Positions 40,015 through 48,614 of a stretch of DNA of 64,000 bases are shown here, piece after piece. The DNA lies in sequence record PV764603.1, one strand, 5' to 3'. Numbering within the stretch: position 1 is the first letter of the stretch; each line of letters begins with the position of its first letter. The notes under the pieces are model-generated. The model ran no database searches. It was not told the origin of the DNA and saw only the letters and a program-made list of their open reading frames with translations. The position numbers were made by a program, and so were the translations under genes.

Positions 40015-40096
40015 AGGCTTGTGGTAGGGAAACAAGGGCGTCAGCCCACCGGGACCCACCTATCGGAACCCCTAGTCAGATACCTCGGAGAACCTC

Positions 40097-40441
40097 ATGA
40101 AGCGCAAGTCCCCTCGGAACCGTCCCCTGACCGCTGAACTGATGCCGGTACGCGCTGCCGCCGAGCGCATGGACCTTCGGACCGCCAACCTGTCCAGCCA
40201 CCTGATGACGGTGGAGTTCCCGGAGCAGGACGACTCCCAGGTTATCCTGACCTTCATGCTGAACAAGAATGCCCAGCTGGTGGCCTCGGTGGAACTGGAA
40301 CGTGCGGGTCATGTGCAGTGCGCCACCCCTTACCTGCGCGGTGCCATGCTTCGGAACAGCCTGAGCGCCACGCTTGACGACTATGACGTGGAGCGCGACC
40401 GCATCGCCTCGGTCATCGCCTTCCTCGACAGCATCGTCTAA
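40097..40441 (+). CDS. Hypothetical early protein
   Basis: GGAG RBS; first gene after the sigma70 promoter; strongly GC3-biased codons. Confidence 0.7.
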   Translation: MKRKSPRNRPLTAELMPVRAAAERMDLRTANLSSHLMTVEFPEQDDSQVILTFMLNKNAQLVASVELERAGHVQCATPYLRGAMLRNSLSATLDDYDVERDRIASVIAFLDSIV

Positions 40442-40458
40442 CCCTTCGGAGCCCCCTC

Positions 40459-40821
40459 ATGAACGCCAACGTCCTCGCCCTGATCGTACAGACCGCCGTT
40501 GAAATGGGACTGGTGGTCCAGCATACCGCCAACGACATTACTGTCCTGTTTGATGAATCGGAGATGGAAGCGGCAGGCATGTTGGTGCAAGCTGCTCCGG
40601 CCCTTCGATTTGTGTATGGCCCTGTCCTGACCGCCTACCCCGAAGCTCACATGGGATACCACGAAGGGGAGTTGCAGGCCATCGGGTTCGCCACCAAGGG
40701 CGTTCGGGGCGACGAACTGCGCGACTGCATCGAAAAGATGAAGACCCACTTCAAGCCCGAAGCCGTCATGCCCCTCTTTACCTTCCTCGGCCTGCTGAAC
40801 CGCAACGCTGCCCACCACTAA
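40459..40821 (+). CDS. Hypothetical early protein
   Basis: GGAG RBS. Confidence 0.65.
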   Translation: MNANVLALIVQTAVEMGLVVQHTANDITVLFDESEMEAAGMLVQAAPALRFVYGPVLTAYPEAHMGYHEGELQAIGFATKGVRGDELRDCIEKMKTHFKPEAVMPLFTFLGLLNRNAAHH

Positions 40822-40831
40822 GGAACCGACC

Positions 40832-40951
40832 ATGAAGATCAAGACCATCCTGCTGACCGCCGTTGCTATCTCGGCCATCCTTTGGGCCGTCGCCATGATT
40901 GGCAGCGCCCCGTTCGTCGGCCCCACCCTTTCCACCACCGTCCGCGCCTAA
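40832..40951 (+). CDS. Small membrane peptide (39 aa, not in the ORF track)
   Basis: AAGGA RBS; MKIKTILLTAVAISAILWAVAMIGSAPFVGPTLSTTVRA*. Confidence 0.65.
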   Translation: MKIKTILLTAVAISAILWAVAMIGSAPFVGPTLSTTVRA

Positions 40952-40970
40952 CCCAACCAGCACCAAAGGA

Positions 40971-41312
40971 ATGACCATGAACGCCAAGACCGCCAAGACC
41001 ACTTCGGACGTTGATGCACAGCGCGATGCCATGCAGAAAGCCAACAAGGCCGAGCAGTTCCGCCGCCACTCCCTGCTGCAAAGCATGACGGCCGACGGTC
41101 CCCTGTTCGTCCCCCTCGACAAGGCCCACACCTTCGGTCTCGCTCCCGCTGGCCGTGGCGGTGCCGCCCACCTTGACGCGCTGGAATCCCTCGGCCTCAT
41201 GGCTGCGCTGGTGCCCCACGCAACCAACCCGGACACATGGGGCGGCTACCTCGTCTGCCGGTCCAGCTGGGCACGCGAGCAAGTAGGTCCGGACGACGCC
41301 AAGTTCCTCTGA
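40971..41312 (+). CDS. Hypothetical early protein
   Basis: AAAGGA RBS, ATG 40971. Confidence 0.65.
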   Translation: MTMNAKTAKTTSDVDAQRDAMQKANKAEQFRRHSLLQSMTADGPLFVPLDKAHTFGLAPAGRGGAAHLDALESLGLMAALVPHATNPDTWGGYLVCRSSWAREQVGPDDAKFL

Positions 41313-41387
41313 CCCTGTAAACCTAGATTAGACGCGCCGCCTTCAGGCGGCTTCGTCGTATCTGCCACCCCGACCTAAAGGAATATC

Positions 41388-41738
41388 ATGGACCACGCTA
41401 CCGCAACCGTCATCAACGAACTGGCCAAGGACACGCCCGACGTCGCCTTCCGCATGCTGGGAATCGACGACGCCATCATCACGTTCAAGGCACCGGAAGG
41501 TGCGACCGAGCGTTGGCAACTGCGCATCGTAGTGACCGAAGAAGGCAAGCTGGAATGCTGCGCCGACCTCGTTGACACCCTGACCGACAAGGGCAGCCAG
41601 AGCTACCTGATCTATCGGCCCCTCAACCACGTCCGACAGACGCTGCATGATCTGCGTGCAGCCCTGCGTCTGGACCCACAATCTGTCGTGCACTTCCTGT
41701 CCCAACTCGCCGACCGTACCCGCCTCCTCAACGCATAA
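41388..41738 (+). CDS. Hypothetical early protein
   Basis: AAAGGA RBS; preceded by hairpin GCCGCC-TTCA-GGCGGC (41336-41351). Confidence 0.65.
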   Translation: MDHATATVINELAKDTPDVAFRMLGIDDAIITFKAPEGATERWQLRIVVTEEGKLECCADLVDTLTDKGSQSYLIYRPLNHVRQTLHDLRAALRLDPQSVVHFLSQLADRTRLLNA

Positions 41739-41748
41739 GGAACCCATC

Positions 41749-42015
41749 ATGAACAAGCTCTCCGCATTCTTCTCCAACCTGATCGCCTCTTCCGCTACCG
41801 ACATTGACGGGTTCTCCATCAAGGTCAAGGGCGAGCGCACGCTGGAACTGCTGGATGAAGGCCGCGCCGCAGTGGCCGACCCTGAGTTCGTGCAGCGTCA
41901 TGGCAACTACTGGCACTTCGTTGAACAGAAGCATCCCGAGTACCTGCTGGTCAGCACGGGCCGACTGGTCATCGTCAAGGTACTCCCTGACAACGCCATC
42001 GACGCAGCCGCATGA
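41749..42015 (+). CDS. Hypothetical early protein
   Basis: AAGGA RBS, ATG 41749. Confidence 0.65.
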   Translation: MNKLSAFFSNLIASSATDIDGFSIKVKGERTLELLDEGRAAVADPEFVQRHGNYWHFVEQKHPEYLLVSTGRLVIVKVLPDNAIDAAA

Positions 42016-42263
42016 GTACCGACACCCCGTTGCCCAACGTCGAGGCCGTGACCCACAACACCTTCGTGGTGCGCACGCAAGCAGGCTTCCGACAGGCCCT
42101 CAAAGCATGGGGCGGTAAGGTAAAGGGCGACACGATTCACGACTGGCCCACCGCCTATCCGAGTCTTGTCACGTTCACCGTCGGCTACTGCGGGTATCAT
42201 TACGTGCAGTGTACTGCCATCCACCTCAACACACTGATGCCCGTAGTGGGCCGGCACGCATAA
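42012..42263 (+). CDS. Hypothetical early protein
   Basis: ATGA overlap. Confidence 0.6.
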   Translation: MSTDTPLPNVEAVTHNTFVVRTQAGFRQALKAWGGKVKGDTIHDWPTAYPSLVTFTVGYCGYHYVQCTAIHLNTLMPVVGRHA

Positions 42264-42348
42264 GGAAATCCCATGCCCGACGTTACCCTGCACCTGTGCA
42301 TCATCTGAGTCCTCTAATTTCAGGTGTCTTCCCCTAAGCAGAGAAACC

Positions 42349-43137
42349 ATGAGAGTCCTGTCTACCGTAGGGTCCAACAAGTTCGTCTGGACCGATCATC
42401 ACCTAGACTACACCGCACCCGAAGACGATTCGCTATCTAGTGAGACTGCTTCCTCCGAAGAACACGCTCATGCGTTGAAACGTACTTCCTTACATCCCGA
42501 AGACCAAAAAGGGCACAAGGCACACGTAACTCGGGCACGCCAAACATCCGAACACGTTGGCCATGCAGTAGATCACTACAGAAGTATCGGACACAACGAT
42601 TTTAACCGAGAACTCCGCCATCCCTCCCACAAGGGTAAGATCAAAGGCAACGGTGACTACAACTTCACCGACCATTCGCTACATGATCTGCATAAAGGAT
42701 TGGGGCACGCTACCAGTTATCAGCTGAAACACAAGACCGCTGTGTACCGTGGGGTGGGCGAAGCCGCCCACAAGATCAAGGCGCTCAAGAAGGGAGACAC
42801 CTTCACTGACCACGGGTACACCAGTACCAGCCATAGCCCCTCAGTAGCCATTTCTTCCTTCGGTCATAGCGAGCACACGGGTACGCATCGAGAGCATCAC
42901 GTCGTCAAGATTCATTTGCCCAAAGGCTCCAAGATTATGCACGTACCTCACCACGTTGATGATGGCCTTACCCGGCATGAGGCAGAAACGGTGCTGCACC
43001 ACGGTAACAAGTTCAAGGTCTTGGGTCACAGCGTCCACGATCTACCGGGTAGTCCGTCCGGACACTCTTCCTCATTCGATAGCACCAAGCACCGGGTGCA
43101 CGTAACCCACGTCAAGCTAGTAAAGCAACGCAAATGA
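42349..43137 (+). CDS. Histidine-rich ADP-ribosyltransferase (R-S-E clade, VIP2/Alt-like)
   Basis: YRSIGHNDFNRELR, TAVYRGV (R), FTDHGYTSTS (S), RHEAETVL (ExE); about 39 His in 262 aa. Confidence 0.85.
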   Translation: MRVLSTVGSNKFVWTDHHLDYTAPEDDSLSSETASSEEHAHALKRTSLHPEDQKGHKAHVTRARQTSEHVGHAVDHYRSIGHNDFNRELRHPSHKGKIKGNGDYNFTDHSLHDLHKGLGHATSYQLKHKTAVYRGVGEAAHKIKALKKGDTFTDHGYTSTSHSPSVAISSFGHSEHTGTHREHHVVKIHLPKGSKIMHVPHHVDDGLTRHEAETVLHHGNKFKVLGHSVHDLPGSPSGHSSSFDSTKHRVHVTHVKLVKQRK

Positions 43138-43144
43138 GCGACTC

Positions 43145-43166
43145 AGGCATCCGAAAGGGTGCCTTT
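43145..43166 (+). terminator. Intrinsic terminator after the ART gene
   Basis: aggcatcc-gaaa-gggtgcct followed by T's. Confidence 0.7.
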
Positions 43167-43192
43167 GTCGTTTCTGCGCTCCCGAGTCGAGG

Positions 43193-43217
43193 GTGCCATT
43201 TTGGCATCCTGTAAATA
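43193..43217 (+). promoter_or_regulatory. Palindrome TGCCATTTTGGCA abutting TCCTGTAAATA
   Basis: Intergenic, upstream of an AAGGAGG RBS. Confidence 0.7.
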
Positions 43218-43330
43218 TAGGGACAAAGGAGGCGCTATGCCCCTCAAAGAACGGGTCCAACGGGGTGGTCCTTTTATCCCCGACTTCGTAGACGTTCGCT
43301 ACATCACCCATAGCCCAACAAGGAAGCCCC

Positions 43331-43867
43331 ATGAGCCCGAAGCTCTGCATCATGAACGACACCCACAACCAGCAGTCGGCTGTGATCGTCACCCTCCAGA
43401 AAGACGTGATTGCCCACACGATAAAGTTTGCCTACGAAGGTGACCCGGAAGGCCCTCGTTTCCGCCTGCCCACCGATCGGGGTAGCCTGATGCGCCTGCG
43501 TGACCTGATCGACAGCGTGCTTGATCCGAGCGTGGTTCCTGTCAACACCCTGCGTCAGCTGGCCGACCGTTGGGCAGCTGATCGTGACTACAAGGGCAGC
43601 CCGGTTGACGACATTCGCGCGCTGATTGGCGACACGCAAGATTCAGCACCCACCCTCGATCCCAAGTACCGGATGGCGTTGAAGTTTGCTATAGGTCATC
43701 TGGACATGAGCGACCAACCCGAGTACGGACAGCTGCAAGAACTGTTGGCCATGACCGAGCGTGGGGAAGGTGCACGTAACCCGTGCGCGCACTGCGATGA
43801 CGGCAAGGTCATCAACGAGAACTTCCGTACTGTTGAGCCGTGCCGCCACTGTGAGGACGCCAAATGA
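43331..43867 (+). CDS. Hypothetical protein with C-terminal CxxC...CxxC
   Basis: AGGA RBS; ends CAHCDDG...CRHC. Confidence 0.6.
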   Translation: MSPKLCIMNDTHNQQSAVIVTLQKDVIAHTIKFAYEGDPEGPRFRLPTDRGSLMRLRDLIDSVLDPSVVPVNTLRQLADRWAADRDYKGSPVDDIRALIGDTQDSAPTLDPKYRMALKFAIGHLDMSDQPEYGQLQELLAMTERGEGARNPCAHCDDGKVINENFRTVEPCRHCEDAK

Positions 43868-44379
43868 AGATATCCGAACTGCTGGACGAAGACACCATAT
43901 CCGAACTGGTCACTTCGATCTTCCGCATCCGACTGGACTCCGGCCGCAGCGTAGGTGCCGTACTGACCCTCAACTACCCGGCCGGTCACGTGCGTGCTCT
44001 GCTAACCAACGCGATCAACGAAACCGAAGTGTATGGAGAGGTCTCGACCTCCGTATCTACGGGTAGTGACCAACCTGATCCGCTGCTGGATGCACTAGGA
44101 GGCAACAGGCAGACCTACCACTTCCTGACAGGCAAGTATCCCGAGGAAGACGTGGAAGACGTGGCGGCAATGGCCCGACGCTGGCAATGGCTGTGCATCA
44201 ACCGACCGACCCTGCTCATCACTGGCATCTTCGGGAACGGCTGCACAAACAAAACCATCGATGACGTGGAAATCATCATCGACCGCGCCGACGATCGGGG
44301 CCTGCTGCCAGTGCGCTTCCCTCCAACTGAGGACTGCCACGTGGGACCGAACTGCATCTGCCAACACAAGGACCAGTAA
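43864..44379 (+). CDS. Hypothetical protein (KISELL family)
   Basis: ATGA overlap; N-terminus similar to 36172. Confidence 0.6.
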   Translation: MKISELLDEDTISELVTSIFRIRLDSGRSVGAVLTLNYPAGHVRALLTNAINETEVYGEVSTSVSTGSDQPDPLLDALGGNRQTYHFLTGKYPEEDVEDVAAMARRWQWLCINRPTLLITGIFGNGCTNKTIDDVEIIIDRADDRGLLPVRFPPTEDCHVGPNCICQHKDQ

Positions 44380-45143
44380 TGAACGTCACCAACTCCGTCA
44401 CCAAAGCCATCACCGAGTTCCTCCGCACCTCGGGGTGGGAGCGCACTACCCTTGAACTGACGCGCACTAAACTGATCCTCATCGCCCATTCGGGTGACGC
44501 CGTGGTCACCATCACGTCCACCGACGATGACGACTTTGTACGGCAGCTGCGTGTGCTGACCTCTGGCTACCGTCGCATGCAGGTAGAGGAGGATGAGGAA
44601 GAAGCCGATGATGATGATGATGATGATGCTCCCGCCCCGCAGTCCCGTTCCCCAGGGGTACGCCCGCGTAGGACTCCCGAACAGGCACCACAGTGTCGTG
44701 AGTGCGACGCTGATCCGGGTGAGCCCTGTGACTGCGGTACCGAGAACGAGGTCAACGCGCACCTAGGTGCAAACTGGATCGAGCTTGATCCCGAGCAGGA
44801 TCGGATGGGCCTCTGTTGGGTATCCAACACCGTGCGCCTTGCGTTCTTGGCCCGTATCAAGAAGCTGGAGAAGGATCGCTTGCGTGTCTCCCGCGAGACC
44901 ACCAAGGGAACCAGTCGTTGCACTATGTCACAGTGCCGAGACTTGGGCAGCGGTCGCTATCTGCATGTTGGTACCGGCAAGGGCATGTGGTATCGTGGCC
45001 GTCAGGTAAACGTGACGTGGAAGGAAACGCTGGTCCACTACATTGAGCATCATGGCTTCTGCCCACCGCCTGAGTTCCGCGAGGCCATCGACGCATTGAT
45101 GAACCACAAGAAGCCCGTACCTACGAAGAGGGACAAGCCATGA
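44379..45143 (+). CDS. Hypothetical protein with acidic linker and Cys/His C-terminal domain
   Basis: EEDEEEADDDDDDD linker, CREC...CDC, C-terminal TLVHYIEHHGFCPPPEF. Confidence 0.6.
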   Translation: MNVTNSVTKAITEFLRTSGWERTTLELTRTKLILIAHSGDAVVTITSTDDDDFVRQLRVLTSGYRRMQVEEDEEEADDDDDDDAPAPQSRSPGVRPRRTPEQAPQCRECDADPGEPCDCGTENEVNAHLGANWIELDPEQDRMGLCWVSNTVRLAFLARIKKLEKDRLRVSRETTKGTSRCTMSQCRDLGSGRYLHVGTGKGMWYRGRQVNVTWKETLVHYIEHHGFCPPPEFREAIDALMNHKKPVPTKRDKP

Positions 45144-45325
45144 ACCTGGACGCACTCAGCATTCTCTTCATCGTGGTATTCGTCCTGCTGTCGTTTGTGT
45201 TCCTGTGGCTGGGACGTGGTGCATGGCGTGGTCGTGCACGTACCGGCATCACTCCTGTCTTCGCCAGCGCCTTTGGTTTCGGTGCCTGCTACACTGGCAT
45301 CTTCCTTCTACTGGAAAGGCTATGA
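45140..45325 (+). CDS. Small two-TM membrane protein
   Basis: Two hydrophobic segments; GAGGG RBS. Confidence 0.6.
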   Translation: MNLDALSILFIVVFVLLSFVFLWLGRGAWRGRARTGITPVFASAFGFGACYTGIFLLLERL

Positions 45326-45588
45326 CCAACAAGACCTTCAACATCAAGACCGAGTTCTTCACCAAGCTGTGCATCTACCTGATGCTAGGTGGTCTAATCA
45401 CCGGCATCGTGGAGCGCCAGTACGCCAAGGAATGCCCCGGTGAGGCCGGTGGCATGTTGACCATCACCGAAGCTGGGATCGTCAGCGCCACGTGGCCTGC
45501 GTTGCTAGGCGCTACGGTGTTCCATCTACTGACCAAAGATGGGGCCGACCGTCCCACCCAATGCAAGAGCGCCCGAGGTGATCTATGA
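45322..45588 (+). CDS. Membrane protein
   Basis: Two hydrophobic segments; ATGA overlap. Confidence 0.6.
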   Translation: MTNKTFNIKTEFFTKLCIYLMLGGLITGIVERQYAKECPGEAGGMLTITEAGIVSATWPALLGATVFHLLTKDGADRPTQCKSARGDL

Positions 45589-45851
45589 CCTTCGATCTGA
45601 CCATCCAACCAATCTCGGGTTGGAGCGAAGAAAGGAACTGCTGGCTGCACCCGCCTAGCTTCGCCAAGGTGTACGAAGCCAGCCTCGATCCCGACCACCT
45701 GTTGCTGCGTGTGGTTCCCCACCGTCACAGCCATAGCGTCAGCTACCTGAGCGTCAAGGCCCAACACTTGGCGGTCAACGACGTGGTAGTGTGGCCGTTC
45801 CCTACCGGCGAGCAGTTCGGGATCATCCACCACGTACCGAGTGTGCTCTGA
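45585..45851 (+). CDS. Hypothetical protein
   Basis: GAGGT RBS, ATGA overlap. Confidence 0.55.
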   Translation: MTFDLTIQPISGWSEERNCWLHPPSFAKVYEASLDPDHLLLRVVPHRHSHSVSYLSVKAQHLAVNDVVVWPFPTGEQFGIIHHVPSVL

Positions 45852-45982
45852 TGGAAGAAGCCGTCAGCATGTTATACACCCACGTAGACTGTCCGTATTG
45901 TGACAACACCTTTGAGGTCGAAGGCGATCAACGAGGTTCCGTAGTCACGTGCGATCATTGCGATAAGGAAATGTTGGTATGA
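45851..45982 (+). CDS. Small zinc-ribbon protein
   Basis: CPYC...CDHC in 43 aa; TGATG overlap. Confidence 0.55.
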   Translation: MEEAVSMLYTHVDCPYCDNTFEVEGDQRGSVVTCDHCDKEMLV

Positions 45983-46024
45983 CCAACCACGAACAAGCAA
46001 TCACCGACGCACTGTGGAGAGACA

Positions 46025-46543
46025 ATGGACACAATTGACCTGAGCAAACCCCCACGTGTGGTCACTGGAACCGTGACTATGCCTGCGCCTGCCTTCCAGC
46101 AGATTCCGAAGGCCAACACGTACACTCGACTGTACACCCCAGCTGAAACCCTCAGTGACATGGGCCAAGAGTTTGACGCGGCGTTGCATGCTGCGATCCA
46201 ACCAGTGCTCACCCACTTTATTGAGCGTGGAGCCGACAGTCACGACATGGAAGCGTTGGCCGTCGCTATGGTGACCAGCGAAATTGCCAGTCTGCGCATG
46301 GCCCGGCAGCTGCGCCGCCGCAACGAAGAACGCGAGGCAGAGCGGTTGCAGTTGGAGACCGACATTTTGCAGTATGGGGATCGTGCCTACGAACTGTGGT
46401 GCGAACACCAGCACAATGCAGTCAAGCGAGAGAACCGCCCTGCTTACTGGAGTCAGCTGCATCCACAACACAAAGCCGCGTGGGTCATTCGGGCCAAGCG
46501 CGAGGCAGAACAGGCAGAGTGTAGGGAGGCCCACGATGAATGA
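46025..46543 (+). CDS. Hypothetical protein
   Basis: GGAG RBS. Confidence 0.6.
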   Translation: MDTIDLSKPPRVVTGTVTMPAPAFQQIPKANTYTRLYTPAETLSDMGQEFDAALHAAIQPVLTHFIERGADSHDMEALAVAMVTSEIASLRMARQLRRRNEEREAERLQLETDILQYGDRAYELWCEHQHNAVKRENRPAYWSQLHPQHKAAWVIRAKREAEQAECREAHDE

Positions 46544-46691
46544 TTGTCCGCTGTGCAAAGCAACTCGACCCAGCTGCCCATACGGTCCCGTGGTGGCCAC
46601 CGACGTAAAGACCGGCAAGAAGGTGTGGCTGTCTAGCGCGTTGGTCCAGAAGATCATGAAGCTGCTGCCCAACAAGGAGGCTACCGCATGA
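46536..46691 (+). CDS. Small hypothetical protein (CPLC)
   Basis: GGGAGG RBS, ATG 46536. Confidence 0.55.
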   Translation: MNDCPLCKATRPSCPYGPVVATDVKTGKKVWLSSALVQKIMKLLPNKEATA

Positions 46692-47086
46692 CCGTCAAGC
46701 TCACAGGATGGACCAAGGCCGATGGGCACACGTTGTGGATGACACAAGATGGCGAACCTGTGTTCCGTGAAGGCCACCTGCCTGACCTCGGCCCCAACAA
46801 AGCTGTGCATCTTACGGGCAAGATGCCAGTGGACGATCCTCGCTACCTCAAATACCCAGGTTACGAATACCTTGAGGCCATCAGCGACGATCAAACCCAG
46901 TACCTGATCGAGCCCAAGCGCAACACTCGCCTGCGGATACGTAGGAGCCCGACGTTGGTAGGTGGGTGGACTATGGACATTCGGTCGTATGGTGAATGGG
47001 TTGTCTACCTTCCAGACGGTAGCAGCAAGACCATGATCCAAGATACGCTCGACAAAATCATTCGCTACGGTCCGGTGGGCGAATGA
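46688..47086 (+). CDS. Hypothetical protein
   Basis: AAGGAGG RBS. Confidence 0.6.
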   Translation: MTVKLTGWTKADGHTLWMTQDGEPVFREGHLPDLGPNKAVHLTGKMPVDDPRYLKYPGYEYLEAISDDQTQYLIEPKRNTRLRIRRSPTLVGGWTMDIRSYGEWVVYLPDGSSKTMIQDTLDKIIRYGPVGE

Positions 47087-47862
47087 GGATTTTAGCCAAG
47101 TACGGCACCGGGAGTTCAGCTGTCTACATTGCAGTGGATGAGAGCACTCCCGATGTGGAGTACGTCGTAACCTGCGCCGTAGAGCTACAGATTGGTCAGC
47201 AAGTTGAGGCGTCCAGTTGTTCGCTGCACACAGGGGTGCACACGCACCTTCCGTCTTACCTGTCGTTCCCCTACCTGTACTCAGCCATGTCCGGTTTGTG
47301 GTTGCGGTGCCGCCGTCAAAGCAATAGGCGTGCGCTGGTGCTGGGTTTAGGTGGCGGCAATGCCTCGCGTTACATTCGCTACACGTGGCCCGATGTAGCC
47401 CTAGTGTCTGTCGAAGCAAGTCCCGAAATGATCGCGGTGGCAAAGCTGTGGCCTGACGTCGGACCAGTCATTAAGGGCGATGCAGTGCAAGTGGTCAAGC
47501 GTACCGAAGCTGGGTACCTTGATTTCGTGCTGGTGGACTGCTATCCCTTCGAGAACAACACGATAGGCCAGCGGTTCTTTTCAACCGAGTTCCTGCGAGA
47601 GCTACGTAGTGTGTTGACCGACGACGGGATCGTGGCTTTCAACTTCATTGATGACGTGCCCCAGCTACCCGTAGCGGAGGTTGGGTTCAATGGAGGTGTG
47701 TTGGTGCGAAGCCCTGCGCGGTTACGGGAATCAAACAAGGTGGTGATGCTTAGTACGTCGCCGCTTGATCCCAACGAGTTTGTTACCGAGTGTCATTCAT
47801 CCAATCCAGCTTACGCTTTGTCGCGGCAGCTGACTGACTTTACCTTTGAGGCATACCCATGA
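47083..47862 (+). CDS. Spermidine-synthase-like class I SAM-dependent methyltransferase
   Basis: RALVLGLGGG, VSVEASPEMIAVAK, GDAVQVV, DFVLVDCY, F...FLRELRSVLTDDGIVAFN. Confidence 0.8.
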   Translation: MRILAKYGTGSSAVYIAVDESTPDVEYVVTCAVELQIGQQVEASSCSLHTGVHTHLPSYLSFPYLYSAMSGLWLRCRRQSNRRALVLGLGGGNASRYIRYTWPDVALVSVEASPEMIAVAKLWPDVGPVIKGDAVQVVKRTEAGYLDFVLVDCYPFENNTIGQRFFSTEFLRELRSVLTDDGIVAFNFIDDVPQLPVAEVGFNGGVLVRSPARLRESNKVVMLSTSPLDPNEFVTECHSSNPAYALSRQLTDFTFEAYP

Positions 47863-48272
47863 AAATCATTTTGCAAATCCGTTGGCCCAGCGATGCTCCT
47901 GCCGCAGATGCAGCAGACGTGCCCCGTATCACCGACCGCTTGTTCAATCTCACGCGTCCGATTCTGGAAGAGTACGACGCAGGCAACTACAATCTGGATG
48001 ACGTGATGACTGCGCTGGAAAGCGCAGGGTTCCGCAACCCGAGTCCCTACCGTCGCGCCGGTGTTGTCTCGCTCATCTGCCCACCCCACGCCTACGAAGG
48101 TGCGGCCGATCTTGTCAGTACGGTCATGAAGAGTATTGCTGAGGGTGATGAGAGTGCAATCATTGTGTTCACCAATCCGGACATTCGCATTGGTGCAGAG
48201 GTTGGCATGTTCGTGGCTGGTCCTCAATTCACGTTGCTCAACGTGAGCTTCGACCCCAGCAAGTTCCTGTAA
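47859..48272 (+). CDS. Hypothetical protein
   Basis: GAGG RBS, ATGA overlap. Confidence 0.6.
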   Translation: MKIILQIRWPSDAPAADAADVPRITDRLFNLTRPILEEYDAGNYNLDDVMTALESAGFRNPSPYRRAGVVSLICPPHAYEGAADLVSTVMKSIAEGDESAIIVFTNPDIRIGAEVGMFVAGPQFTLLNVSFDPSKFL

Positions 48273-48287
48273 CCAAGGAGACCGACG

Positions 48288-48614
48288 ATGACTTGCCACT
48301 GTGGATCGTATTCGTGTATGGACTGCATCTGTCCAGATACCTGCGGTCTATGCGACCGAAAGTGGCACAAGTGCCAGTGTAGCACAGAGCCGCGTGAGTA
48401 CGAGTTGGAGAACGGCCGCAAGTACCGAGCGGTCTACACCAAGACGCCGTTTATCGACGGCGAGTATCCGAAGGGCGGCATCGTCGTGCACGTGTGGAGC
48501 ACCGAATGGTGCTACCTTGCCAACTGCGAATCGTGGGAGGCAGTGGACGAAATGATGCGGTCGCTGAAACGGCTGCCCGAACGCAAGGAGAGAAATGATG
48601 GGCAAATGGATTGA
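48288..48614 (+). CDS. Protein with Cys-rich N-terminus
   Basis: AAGGAG RBS; 9 Cys and 2 His in the first 31 aa. Confidence 0.6.
   Translation: MTCHCGSYSCMDCICPDTCGLCDRKWHKCQCSTEPREYELENGRKYRAVYTKTPFIDGEYPKGGIVVHVWSTEWCYLANCESWEAVDEMMRSLKRLPERKERNDGQMD

Noticed and set aside
39250-40059. 269 aa minus-strand ORF across the ART remnant and early promoter
   Set aside because: No recognisable motifs; it overlaps three + ORFs, a terminator and a consensus promoter.
43237-43443. Short ORF with a strong AAGGAGG RBS right after the 43193 promoter
   Set aside because: It overlaps gene 43331 by 113 nt in another frame and has no motifs. It cannot be distinguished from a leader peptide, frameshift or noise, so it was not called.
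46001-47443. 480 aa minus-strand ORF
   Set aside because: It is antisense to four well-formed + genes and codon-aligned with two of them, which suppresses stops in GC-rich DNA. No motifs or RBS, and the whole window is + oriented.
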